64,000 nucleotides of DNA from Promethearchaeia archaeon (lineage in GTDB: Archaea > Asgardarchaeota > Lokiarchaeia > Sigyniarchaeales > SOKP01), in the NCBI GenBank assembly GCA_046483985.1, contig JAWOCD010000040.1, positions 1-64,000 of the forward strand, in the 5' to 3' direction. Position numbers and translations under genes: made by a program. Positions 1-10,054 of this stretch are shown piece by piece. Every line of letters starts with the position of its first letter. Position 1 is the first letter of the stretch. Under the pieces are notes generated by a model. The model saw only the letters and a program-made list of their open reading frames with translations. It did not search any database and had not been told where the DNA came from.

Positions 1-2
1 AA

Positions 3-530
3 TTTCGGGAGCAAAATGGGCTATATAAATTTTATACTAATCAGTACTCCTACAATGGTAAAATTTATCGGTATATTCTCTATTTTATCTCAGGAAATTT
101 TAAACAGCCGGGGCTATTGCCCAGTCAGAGAACAGCTTGTGATGCTTGTTTATTTTTAATTAATCCGCTCATTGAAAATGTATTTGATGATGTGGATACA
201 ATTATCCAGCAGATCGCCGCAAACCATCCCAAGACTTTAATTGTATTGATCATGCAAAATATTTTTGGAAATTTAGATGATCTCACCGAGGATCTCCAAG
301 ATTTAGCAATGAGAAATGGTAAAAGATTGATGGACCTAGAACAGAAATATAAACTGAAATTGTTCTCATTAAATTATAATTTGGAAGAAATTCAATCTTT
401 AGAATCGGGAGATCCTGAGTTGAGCCTCAAATTTTTCAAACTTTTTAATAATGCGTTTTATAGCGTAATCCATGAAGCAATTGAACGGTCAGAATCCCCA
501 GAAATACGGCAATTTATACATAAACCATAA
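3..530 (+). CDS. Degenerate Ras/Rab-fold (pseudo-GTPase) protein, 5'-truncated by the window edge
   Basis: The frame is open from position 3 (FREQNGLYKFYTNQYSYNGKIYRYILYFISGNFKQPGLLPSQRTACDACLFLINP...KTLIVLIMQN). The spacing matches small-GTPase beta2-beta3-G3-beta4-alpha3-beta5, but G3 reads FISG and G4 reads QNIF. Confidence 0.5.
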   Translation, partial: FREQNGLYKFYTNQYSYNGKIYRYILYFISGNFKQPGLLPSQRTACDACLFLINPLIENVFDDVDTIIQQIAANHPKTLIVLIMQNIFGNLDDLTEDLQDLAMRNGKRLMDLEQKYKLKLFSLNYNLEEIQSLESGDPELSLKFFKLFNNAFYSVIHEAIERSESPEIRQFIHKP

Positions 531-543
531 CTTAACATTTGAG

Positions 544-1431
544 TTATACTATCTTTTCCATCCGATTCGTTATCTTCCTAAGCTTTGTTTTTGGAAGATG
601 GGTGACTTCGGCGAATGTGTCTTGGTCAATTTCTTTCTCAAGTAAAAGAAATAAGGTAGCTGCTGCGAGCGTTTTCGGATACTTTTTCGCCAATTTAGGC
701 GATTTGTCAGCCATTTTCCTTAAAATCCTCATTGCATGCATCTGAATTTTTTGAGAGATTTTTGAGGGAAGGCGGGTGCTGATTAATCCTACATACTGTG
801 CAGGCGTTCTCGGTTGGAATTTGAGATTCACATCTAACGTGGGAAAGATTTGCTTTGCGATTACATTCTTACTAAAATTTTTTAAAATTTTATTGGGAAC
901 CCCCATAGGTTCTGCAAAATCATTAATGAAACGCACAATTTGTTTATCTGCTCGGACTGCAGCATAGAGCGATGAAGCAGTTAAGAGATATTTTGAAGGA
1001 GGTGATTTTTTTATAGTTTTGAGGTCATTCGTATTATTTAATAAATAGATAAAGGTTTGACATATACGCTTAGCCCGTTCTCGAATATACTCGGGAAGAG
1101 AAAGCTGGGAACTTAATTGATTGAACATCTGCGCCATGTCTTCGAATTTCTCATCGAAATCTTCTTGCAAAGCTTTTTGGGTGCTTCGTAACTTGCGCAA
1201 CCGATGGATATCCGACTTTTTTAGAGTTTCTCCTTGACCATCTCTTCTTGAAATCGAAATCTCTGTTCTCCATCCGCCCTTATTGAGTGCGGGGGAACGC
1301 TCTTCTCCCAAGTCTTTTCCGTGTACTATCCCGCAATTCCGGCATACCAACTCCCCACCAACTTTTTCTATATCTGGGTTTGAGCAGCACTCAAACTTTT
1401 CCTCGTTATTCTCCTCGAAATTGCGTGTCAC
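544..1431 (-). CDS. tfb: Divergent transcription factor B (TFIIB family) paralog
   Basis: N-terminal Zn ribbon CCSNPDIEKVGGELVCRNCGIV; two cyclin-like repeats (LSSQLSLPEYIRERAKRI; YPKTLAAATLFL); C-terminal HTH-like QDTFAEVTHL. Confidence 0.8.
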   Translation of the reverse strand: MTRNFEENNEEKFECCSNPDIEKVGGELVCRNCGIVHGKDLGEERSPALNKGGWRTEISISRRDGQGETLKKSDIHRLRKLRSTQKALQEDFDEKFEDMAQMFNQLSSQLSLPEYIRERAKRICQTFIYLLNNTNDLKTIKKSPPSKYLLTASSLYAAVRADKQIVRFINDFAEPMGVPNKILKNFSKNVIAKQIFPTLDVNLKFQPRTPAQYVGLISTRLPSKISQKIQMHAMRILRKMADKSPKLAKKYPKTLAAATLFLLLEKEIDQDTFAEVTHLPKTKLRKITNRMEKIV

Positions 1432-1658
1432 ATATTATCCTCTCTTCTTTTATTCATTTCTCCTATATTTAAATAAAAGCAAGACGCTTTTTGTAATTAA
1501 TTATCCAATGCATATTTGTTCACTAAGGATTTGTCAACATAAATATATAAAAATTAGCCATACTTTGAAATAATGAATTGAATTTTTAGAAATTTTTATG
1601 AATTCCTATTGATTTTTCTTATAAAGAAAATAAAACAAGAATATCCAAAGTTATTCAA

Positions 1659-4600
1659 ATGGGTAAGGGAAAATTAAATAAAAATGTTCTAGGAGATTTT
1701 TTAGAATCCGAATGCGAACGGCAACTATATTTGAATTTGGGAAAAAAACGGAATAAGTGGGGGCTCGAGGAATATAGTATCACAGAATTAGAACGGCCCC
1801 GAATGGGAAATTACATTGCCCAAATCGGAAAAGAATACGAACAGAAAGTGTATCGGAGGTTGAAACAATCAAATCCCCCGTGTCTCATTATAAATCCACG
1901 GACAGCCAAGGAAAGATCCTCTCCTCAATTAACAAAAAATTTTTTATTAAAGATTTCCAAGAGGATTCGTAAAAATCCAGATATCTCCGAATGTTGTTTA
2001 TTGGAGTACGATTTTCCAACCCCTAAAGTCTTTATTCTGGATCTGTTTCAAATGAATGAGGGAACAGTTAATTTCGAAGACCAAGAGCCTCCCACCGCCT
2101 ATTCACACGCTTTACGCCCGGATATCTTGCTTATTGGAAATAAAAAAGGACATAAAAGGAACGATATAGGAGATATATTAAATGAAAAAAACCCCATTCT
2201 GATGATGAATACGGAAGGAAAGATCGAAGAAGTGCCTGAGCATATCCGAAGGACAAAAATAGGAATAAATATAATCGATATAAAAGCAACGCGGAAGGAA
2301 AAGATTGGTAAACGGCATTTCTTTGAAATCATCTTTTACTGGAAAGCATTAGTGGCATATTTGGAGAAACTTGGACTTGATCATCAATTTTATGTGCGAG
2401 TGGATAATAATGGGATCCTTCCAGGATATAATGATGTTTCAACTTTGGAAGTTCCAGTTCTCAGAGATCACATCGTGGAACTGCCATTTGCAGACTCTTT
2501 AGTTCTATATGATCATATCTCCGAAACGTTAACATCTCTGTTTCATGTTCTCCCGCGTAATATCGAAGATATCCCTATTCGATTGCAACCCATCTGCGCA
2601 CGATGTGATTATCTAGAGGATTGTAAAAAACAGCTAAAATATGGAGAGAAATACCCGCGCGAGGAATGGGATCTATGTCTCTTGCCTTATATGTCTCAGA
2701 ATATTTCCGAAGAGTTGAAAGATTTAGAGAATCCCGGCTTCGATACCATAGAGGACGTTGCCCGGCATATTTCCGAATATTCATCCGAGTCCGTTCCAAC
2801 TCCTTTATATGCAGAAAAGCCATTCTTGAAATATCGAGCCCTTTCCCTATTGGAAAATGAGATGAAAACCCCGGAAGCCGGAGAAATAAGTTCTATTGCG
2901 ATTCCACGAAGGAGTCCGATATCTTTGGTTATGGATTTTGAGACCGACCCCTTACACGAAATTGTGAGCGCAACTTCCTTTAATTTAAACATCTTTCTCG
3001 CGAGGTGGAATTCTAGGTATACCAAATTTGGTCAATGGTGGACGGTGTGGACCAAATATTTAGAAGGGAATTTGCCCTATCAAGGCGTACTTAATAATTT
3101 GGATGAAATATTGGATAGTATCAACTTCAGTAATACCAAAATACAAAAACAAGTTTCAAAATTTAGAAATTCCTTAAAATATCTCATAAAGCACCGAGAA
3201 AATAAGAGATACCCTTGGCTTATTCTTGAGAAACGGTTCAAGAGCGGGGAGAGCAGTTATCACAAATTAAACCTACGATTTGCCCTCATCAATGAGAATT
3301 TTACCCGAAAGAGCGAAAATCAGTTTGCTAAGCGACTCATCACTCTTTTACATGCAATCATCATTTTTATACAGACCTTGGAATTTTTCCTTTCCACTGA
3401 AGAGGATTTTCTAAATTCGGCGGTATATTATTGGTCTTGGATCCAAATGGATCACTTACAAGAGTTTCTGGAGCGCAATCTGGATTACATAAACGATGAT
3501 CCCGCATTACGGGAAAAAATGCTTTATATCATTCGATGGTTTAATCCATCCGAATCGTCGGTAGAACATCCATATCATCATAAAAAGATATACGATCTCC
3601 GTGCGTTTGCAGAGAACACGTTAAGCGTCCCGTTAATTATTAATTATACCTGGCATGGTGTAGCGCATTATCTTTCTACTCGACCACGATTCGAAAAATA
3701 TTTCGGCGGAAGGGAACAAACGTTCTACCACGTTTTTTGGAACAAGCATTTTAACTATATTGATTTCCAGCAATGGTATAAGTATATTTCCCATAAAAAG
3801 AAAAATGAAGCAAGGGAAGCGAATAATCAAAAAAACGACCTTATCAAACAAATGATAATAAAGGTCCGGACCATTGATAAATTACGGGAGATTTTTCAAA
3901 ACCTCGGAAAACGTTTTATTGCGGGATATAATAAGCCAAAACCCATAGAAGACTTTTTTGATTTCGATCTGAGGGAAGGGACGCATCAAATTGCAAAAAT
4001 GTGGCATCTATTCGAACAATATACTGCTGCACGTGATAAATTGGACAAAGATAGGTTGAGGTCCCTTTTTCCAGAATTTGGGATCGGTCGGTTGGAGTCG
4101 GCTAAGACAGAAAAGCTTACAATGATACCCACTACAAGCGGTCGGTATAATAATTTTTACTATGAGTTCCAACTGAGAGGTGTATCCTCGAACGTGAAAA
4201 TCGGCGAGGGAAGTTGGGTCACCCTTATTCCAGAACTTATCCGTCACCAGCCACGTTTTAAATTATATCAATGGCGGGTCGTCATAGAGCGGATGGAGTG
4301 GAGAGATGACCATTGGCAGGTTAGAACCCGTCCGTGGAGTAATAATATCCTCGAATATTACCTCGATGACTTGAAGTCATCTATAGATTTTGTGGGACCT
4401 GATCTTCAACAATTGTATCGAGAACAATTAATACTCCTGGAACAAAAGGAACTCGAATCGGATGGATATTCTCAACCCGTAACGATCAAAGATACCTTTC
4501 ACATATATCCCAGGGCATCGAATCCTTGGAAGAAAAAATTGAAGAATCTGTTCAAGAATTATAATTTCGGAAAAAGCTGGCTGGGAAAAGCACTTGCATA

Positions 4601-6467
4601 TAGGTGGAAAATCAGCAATAGAAAGGATTTTAGCTATCCAAAGGAGTTCCCCTATGAAAGCTGGTTACCAGATGTATATATGTACGCCCCCTATCTATTG
4701 CCAGAATATAAGGAACATTCTGCCCCATTGTGGACATCAATCTCGCCGACGCCAGATCCTTCCCAACAAGAGAGTATTCTCGAAAGTCTTAACCATCCCA
4801 TTTACGGTATCCAAGGACCTCCTGGCACGGGAAAGTCCCAAACCATCGCAGCCTTAATAGACGAATTTATTCTTAGAAATTCAACGGAAGGAAATCTTAA
4901 GATATTAGTTACCACGTTTTCTTACGCTGCTTTACGAGTTGTACTTCGAAATATTGTAAATAGTAAAAATCTCGATGGAGGTCCTACCACGGCGGCCCGA
5001 TCCACTTGTGCATTTATGCGATCCAATAATAGGGAACGGCCTTCGGTTGACGAAACGTATTGGGATATCACATTTTCCTCAGGGAACAAGAGTCTCACGG
5101 CTGAAAGATCTCCCAGCTCGGTGGATCCAGATCAATCCACCATACAAGAGGAGATTAGCGAGGAAACGTCCGAGCAGTTGGCGGATATCCTTTGTAAGGA
5201 TAAAAATAATCTGATCTTGTTCGGGAACGCTCATAAGTTGGTACAGTTACACGAAAATACTTATGGAGATTTTAAATTCATAGATCAGGATAATTTTCAG
5301 TTTGATCTCATAATAGTGGACGAGGCATCCCAGCTTCCAGTAAATTATTTCCTTGCGTCTCTCCAATACGTTAAAAAGCATAAAATGCAAATTTTATCTC
5401 GCCACCCCAATGCAAAGTCGGGAAACGAAATAACTTCACTCGATGAGTTAGAAGAATTATATATGGAAAAAGTTCCAGATAAAGGGGGAAAAGAGAGCAC
5501 AATTCAATTAAACGATCTCACAAACGTTGTCATCGTGGGTGACCAGAAACAACTTCCTCCCGTGCAACCGGTGAAACCGCCTAAAAAATTAGAACCCATC
5601 CTTGACAACTTGTTCGGCTATTATTGCGACTATCATGATGTCGCTAATAAGCAATTGGAGTTCAATTATCGCAGTAATCAAAAGATTGTGGATTTCACCA
5701 ATTTTCTAAACATCTATGAGAATGAGATCATACCGAAGACGAACAGCGATGCAGAGATTAGGGGAGATTTAGCAAACATCAAAGCATGGAATAAAACGCA
5801 CTCACTTCAGATTGTTGACTGGATTCAAGAGGCATTAGATCCATCGATTATTATGGGGGCGTTTGTCCACGGAAAAAAGTATGAAACAGCAGTCAGTGAA
5901 CTAGAAGCGGAAATCGTTACCTTGTTTATTATGGGATATTACTTGATGATTATGCCGGACTTTGAAATCACCCCAGAAAAATTGGAAAACGCAGAGTTGG
6001 ATTTCTGGAAAGAAAAAATAGGCGTAGTAGCGCCCCATAATGCGCAAGGTCGGTTAATTATTAAGAAGGTTTACGACTATTTTGTTAGGTATCAGTTGAA
6101 CTTTCTTCCCGAGCGAAAACTAATGAATATATTAAAAACAACCGTGGTTTCGGTGGAAAAATTTCAAGGGTCGGCCAGGGATGTGATTATTGCTTCAATC
6201 GGTATATCCGCCAAGGATCAATTAATGGCTGAGACGGAATTTATTTACGATTTAAACCGTTTTAATGTGTTAACTTCACGCGCCCGGAAAAAGTTTATTT
6301 TAATATGTAGCGAAAATTTTCTTAAATACATTCCAGATGATCGGGCATTAATGGAAAATGCCGCAAAAATTCGACGATTTGCCTTGGATTTTTGTTCGGA
6401 AGAAAGGAATATCACCCTTGTAAAAGAAAATGGGAAGGAAAAAATTCAATTTCGGTATCATAATTAA
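1659..6467 (+). CDS. Large nuclease-helicase: PD-(D/E)XK RecB/Cas4-like nuclease, RNase H-like segment and SF1B (Dna2/Upf1-like) helicase; TM0106-like architecture
   Basis: Nuclease: ECERQLY, RPDILL, IDIKAT, HFFEIIFY, CARCDYLEDC. DFETD motif. Helicase: GPPGTGKS, IVDEASQ, VGDQKQLPP, NYRS, SVEKFQG, NRFNVLTSRARKK. Confidence 0.85.
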   Translation: MGKGKLNKNVLGDFLESECERQLYLNLGKKRNKWGLEEYSITELERPRMGNYIAQIGKEYEQKVYRRLKQSNPPCLIINPRTAKERSSPQLTKNFLLKISKRIRKNPDISECCLLEYDFPTPKVFILDLFQMNEGTVNFEDQEPPTAYSHALRPDILLIGNKKGHKRNDIGDILNEKNPILMMNTEGKIEEVPEHIRRTKIGINIIDIKATRKEKIGKRHFFEIIFYWKALVAYLEKLGLDHQFYVRVDNNGILPGYNDVSTLEVPVLRDHIVELPFADSLVLYDHISETLTSLFHVLPRNIEDIPIRLQPICARCDYLEDCKKQLKYGEKYPREEWDLCLLPYMSQNISEELKDLENPGFDTIEDVARHISEYSSESVPTPLYAEKPFLKYRALSLLENEMKTPEAGEISSIAIPRRSPISLVMDFETDPLHEIVSATSFNLNIFLARWNSRYTKFGQWWTVWTKYLEGNLPYQGVLNNLDEILDSINFSNTKIQKQVSKFRNSLKYLIKHRENKRYPWLILEKRFKSGESSYHKLNLRFALINENFTRKSENQFAKRLITLLHAIIIFIQTLEFFLSTEEDFLNSAVYYWSWIQMDHLQEFLERNLDYINDDPALREKMLYIIRWFNPSESSVEHPYHHKKIYDLRAFAENTLSVPLIINYTWHGVAHYLSTRPRFEKYFGGREQTFYHVFWNKHFNYIDFQQWYKYISHKKKNEAREANNQKNDLIKQMIIKVRTIDKLREIFQNLGKRFIAGYNKPKPIEDFFDFDLREGTHQIAKMWHLFEQYTAARDKLDKDRLRSLFPEFGIGRLESAKTEKLTMIPTTSGRYNNFYYEFQLRGVSSNVKIGEGSWVTLIPELIRHQPRFKLYQWRVVIERMEWRDDHWQVRTRPWSNNILEYYLDDLKSSIDFVGPDLQQLYREQLILLEQKELESDGYSQPVTIKDTFHIYPRASNPWKKKLKNLFKNYNFGKSWLGKALAYRWKISNRKDFSYPKEFPYESWLPDVYMYAPYLLPEYKEHSAPLWTSISPTPDPSQQESILESLNHPIYGIQGPPGTGKSQTIAALIDEFILRNSTEGNLKILVTTFSYAALRVVLRNIVNSKNLDGGPTTAARSTCAFMRSNNRERPSVDETYWDITFSSGNKSLTAERSPSSVDPDQSTIQEEISEETSEQLADILCKDKNNLILFGNAHKLVQLHENTYGDFKFIDQDNFQFDLIIVDEASQLPVNYFLASLQYVKKHKMQILSRHPNAKSGNEITSLDELEELYMEKVPDKGGKESTIQLNDLTNVVIVGDQKQLPPVQPVKPPKKLEPILDNLFGYYCDYHDVANKQLEFNYRSNQKIVDFTNFLNIYENEIIPKTNSDAEIRGDLANIKAWNKTHSLQIVDWIQEALDPSIIMGAFVHGKKYETAVSELEAEIVTLFIMGYYLMIMPDFEITPEKLENAELDFWKEKIGVVAPHNAQGRLIIKKVYDYFVRYQLNFLPERKLMNILKTTVVSVEKFQGSARDVIIASIGISAKDQLMAETEFIYDLNRFNVLTSRARKKFILICSENFLKYIPDDRALMENAAKIRRFALDFCSEERNITLVKENGKEKIQFRYHN

Positions 6468-6588
6468 ATACATTTGTTAAATTTGATAAGTTAATAATCC
6501 TAAAATAGACGGTTTCACAATAATTATATGTGAAAAACCGAAGATAAATTAAATAAAAGAAAAAGTTTTTAAGAATTACATAAAAAAA

Positions 6589-8154
6589 ATGACGTCTATA
6601 ACTGTCTATGATGGAGCCAGAACCATTGGGGGAACTAAGATTTATCTGGAGGAGGAAAAAGAGGGGATTCTACTTGATTTTGGGATGAATTTCGCAAAAG
6701 AGAGGGAATATTTTCAAGATTTTATGACCCCACGGAGATCACGTGGAATTTATGACTATTTAACTCTCAATCTCATCCCGAAGTTAAATATTTACCGGAG
6801 AGATTTAATCCCCGGAGATATCTTTGTTTCGCAGTACCCCACCCTTAATATTCAAGCGGTGTTACTCAGTCATGCTCATATGGATCATTTCGGAAATATT
6901 GGGTTATTGCGAAGGGATATTCCCGTTATCGCATCCTCCACAAGTATTGCCTTAATGAAAGCAATCCTCGATTCCTCGAATTCTAGCCTTAGTAATGAAG
7001 CGGCTTTCTTTGGTGAGAAGGAACAAAAAGAGAAAGATAACAGAGTAATCAAATCAACGTATGCAGACCACTATATAGGACGTCATTTTTTTAGTGTAGA
7101 TTCTCTTTCTCCTGATTTGAATACTTTTATGAAAACTTGTACAAAGGCTAAGACCAAATGCATTAACGGGATAGACGTCTCTCCGCTTGCAGATTTTAAT
7201 TCCCAATTTCACATCCAATCTTATCCTGTGGATCATTCCATTTTGGGGGCAACCGCCTATCTCATTGAGGGAGAAACGACGGTCGCCTATACGGGAGATT
7301 TCAGATTACATGGTCGGCAAGGGGAGCGGAGCAAAAAATTCATCAAAAATGCAAAAGATGCATCAATTTTAATTATTGAAGGAACCCGGGTGACCAGAGA
7401 AGACGATTACATTATTTCCGAGGAAACCGTCTATCAGAACTGTCTGAGCACAATTGAAGCTGCACAAGATTTAGTCGTAGTGAACTTTTCTAATCGAAAT
7501 GTTGAACGGTTGGAAACTTTTAAAAAAATTGCGGAGGATGTCGGGCGTCAACTGGTTATCCCCGGTAAAATCGGGTATCTGTTAAAGGCATTGGAATGCG
7601 CCGATGGTCAAGACCATTCAAACAAAATTCGTCTATTAAAGAAGTTAAAAGGTTCTCATAGGACGTGGGAAGGTTATATTCTACAACCAGAGGATGAGGA
7701 AATGGAAAATACAAGGTTATTCGGCGAGTACTTTACCCAAGTTGACCCTCAAAAGATAAAAGATGCCCCAGAACAATATATCCTCTGCTTATCATTTTAC
7801 GATCTAAAACAGTTATTAGACATCAGACCCAACACGGGAACCTACATTTATTCCTCAAGTGAAGCATTCAGCGAGGAATCGGAGTTTGATTTCGTGCGAT
7901 TTTACCACTGGCTTGAATTCTTCGGATTTAACGTCCATGGCATGTCATTAGAACAGATGAATGGCGTAGAATATCCTGTTTTCACGGAAGGATACCATTC
8001 TTCCGGTCATGTAAATAAAGAAGGTTTGCGATGGGCGGTAAATACAATTGACCCAGATTTGATTATTCCTGTACACACGGAGCATCCGGAATGGTTTGAG
8101 GGAGAATTTGATGGCGTCCTTTTACCAAAAGAGGGACAAGAATATACCGTATAA
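6589..8154 (+). CDS. Metallo-beta-lactamase/beta-CASP nuclease (RNase J-like)
   Basis: Motifs LDFG, SHAHMDH, DHS, YTGDFRLHG, IEGT, HSSGH, IPVHTEHP. Confidence 0.85.
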   Translation: MTSITVYDGARTIGGTKIYLEEEKEGILLDFGMNFAKEREYFQDFMTPRRSRGIYDYLTLNLIPKLNIYRRDLIPGDIFVSQYPTLNIQAVLLSHAHMDHFGNIGLLRRDIPVIASSTSIALMKAILDSSNSSLSNEAAFFGEKEQKEKDNRVIKSTYADHYIGRHFFSVDSLSPDLNTFMKTCTKAKTKCINGIDVSPLADFNSQFHIQSYPVDHSILGATAYLIEGETTVAYTGDFRLHGRQGERSKKFIKNAKDASILIIEGTRVTREDDYIISEETVYQNCLSTIEAAQDLVVVNFSNRNVERLETFKKIAEDVGRQLVIPGKIGYLLKALECADGQDHSNKIRLLKKLKGSHRTWEGYILQPEDEEMENTRLFGEYFTQVDPQKIKDAPEQYILCLSFYDLKQLLDIRPNTGTYIYSSSEAFSEESEFDFVRFYHWLEFFGFNVHGMSLEQMNGVEYPVFTEGYHSSGHVNKEGLRWAVNTIDPDLIIPVHTEHPEWFEGEFDGVLLPKEGQEYTV

Positions 8155-8300
8155 AGAATGAGTTTACCCGTTTACCTAAAAACATCTCATTCCCAATTTT
8201 TATCTTTTTGGGAATGATCGGGAGATTCGTTATTGGATACGAGCTCTTACTGCAAAAAATATATAGAAACTTTATCGAAAAATACAGAGATGAGATAAAA

Positions 8301-8909
8301 ATGCCCTTCTTTTTACCTACCAGAGAAGATTTCGACACCGCGGATTCGGAATGGTTCCAGAATAAGTTCTATAACCTCACCGAAAGGAACTTCTTTACCA
8401 GCGTTCAAAAGCTTTTGGAATTTCAAGAGATTTCCGAAAAGGAGAAATCGGACTTGCATAATCTCTATGAAAGGATTACCTATAGAAAACCGATTAAAAA
8501 CTGTTATCGGTTCGATAATCTGACAGAGGCGAAGGAAACGGAGTATTGCGATAAAGAGGAAAAATGTTATGAGGTTTTAAAGGAAAAAACGGAGATTATT
8601 AATCATTGGTCATTTTTACGGTATGATCCTGTTAACTCTGTCAATGTCAATGTTAATGTTGCAGATTCCATCACCAGAGAAGAAGAAGATATGCAAGACC
8701 CAAAATACATTCGGATAATAGATAATAATGCCGAGCCAAGTGAGAGAATTAACCTTTTACAAGCAAAAACTAATTCATATATCAAAAAATTGGCGCGGCA
8801 CCATAGAGTATTAATTTCTTATTATCACGAAAATGAAGAAGCTCAAACATATATCAAGGAGTGTGCTCGGAAGATCATCTCGGCTGATAATACTGGAAGC
8901 CATAACTAA
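8301..8909 (+). CDS. Hypothetical protein (about 202 aa from ATG 8301)
   Basis: Long open frame co-oriented with the nuclease genes; no recognisable motif. Confidence 0.55.
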   Translation: MPFFLPTREDFDTADSEWFQNKFYNLTERNFFTSVQKLLEFQEISEKEKSDLHNLYERITYRKPIKNCYRFDNLTEAKETEYCDKEEKCYEVLKEKTEIINHWSFLRYDPVNSVNVNVNVADSITREEEDMQDPKYIRIIDNNAEPSERINLLQAKTNSYIKKLARHHRVLISYYHENEEAQTYIKECARKIISADNTGSHN

Positions 8910-8919
8910 TAACTATCAT

Positions 8920-9181
8920 ATGTTTTCTTTTAAAAAATCCAAAAAAGATGTGGAAATATTAAGTTTAAAATTCATCTCCGGTATGGAATATTTTCTCGGG
9001 GGTTCAAAGAGGTAGAAAAGGCCTCTGAAATTTTTGATGATTTAGAACAAAAAGGAAAAATTATTGACGATAATGATGTACTTATGGTGGGATCATGCTT
9101 GCAAATGGAATTAAAAAGATAATTACCAGAAATATTAACCTCTTCACGCGAATTGAGGGAATTGAGATTGTTTCCTACTAA
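8920..9181 (+). pseudogene. vapC: Frameshifted/truncated PIN-domain (VapC) toxin remnant
   Basis: KASEIFDDLEQKGKIIDDNDVL, then after a frameshift IMLANGIKKIITRNINLFTRIEGIEIVSY*, a typical PIN C-terminal half. Confidence 0.75.
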
Positions 9182-9350
9182 AAATTCTTAGTCTTTCCCT
9201 TTAATCTTTCTGATTTCTAAAAGTTATCGTAATGCGTAAACTTTTTTTCAATCCATAATTAGTTTTTTATAATTAGAAATAAAACAAATTTAAATTACAT
9301 TAATCTATTAGATAAATAATTATTTCTGATCAAGAGTTTTACTGATCACG

Positions 9351-9875
9351 ATGTCAAAACCGATAATAATAAAAGTTATCACCGCTGGTGAAGGTGGTGT
9401 GGGGAAGACTACTCTATTACACCGTTACATAGATGATGTCTTTCTGGAAGACACCAAAATGACGATCGGCGTAGAATTTTTTACAAAAGATTTGGTAATA
9501 AACGGCAGAAATATATCGCTCCAATTATGGGACCTTGGAGGGCAAGATCGGTTCCGTTTCTTGCAAAAATCTTACGCCAAGGGAGCAAAGGGAGCTTTGT
9601 TAATGTTTGATCTAACCCGGTTTCAATCCTTGGAACGAATTGATCAATGGATTGAAATTTGCCGAACATCCGATCCAGATCTCCCCATTTTGTTTGTTGG
9701 TACTAAGTGGGATTTAAAGGATCAAATTCAAATCGATGATGAATATGCAAAGGAAATACAACAAGAACACGGGTTTTTTGATTATATAAAAGTTTCAAGC
9801 CTTACCGATGAAAATGTAGATGAGGCTGTAGAAAAACTCGTGAAAAAAATTCTGGAACGCATAAATAGCTACTGA
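9351..9875 (+). CDS. Rab-like small GTPase
   Basis: G1 GEGGVGKT, G2 TIGVEF, G3 WDLGGQDRF, G4 TKWD, G5 SSL; no C-terminal Cys prenylation motif. Confidence 0.92.
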   Translation: MSKPIIIKVITAGEGGVGKTTLLHRYIDDVFLEDTKMTIGVEFFTKDLVINGRNISLQLWDLGGQDRFRFLQKSYAKGAKGALLMFDLTRFQSLERIDQWIEICRTSDPDLPILFVGTKWDLKDQIQIDDEYAKEIQQEHGFFDYIKVSSLTDENVDEAVEKLVKKILERINSY

Positions 9876-10054
9876 GTTCTTTAAATCCTCTTATAAATTA
9901 TATACTTTTAGGAGTCCATTCTAATTCTTAACATATAGGGAATAAACCAAAAGTTTTTTAGAGAGCAATGCTAATATATTATTGAACTTATTTTTCTAAT
10001 TTAATTTTTAAAAAACCTTAAATCAATTTAGGAAAAAGAAAAAAGAAAGGTGGA

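Noticed and set aside
1659-2700. Cas4-like domain as evidence of CRISPR-Cas
   Set aside because: No repeat-spacer array or other cas genes seen; the domain is part of a nuclease-helicase fusion.
8639-8660. Short AATGT(C/T) tandem repeat encoding VNVNVNV
   Set aside because: Only about three units, in frame; too short to imply phase variation.
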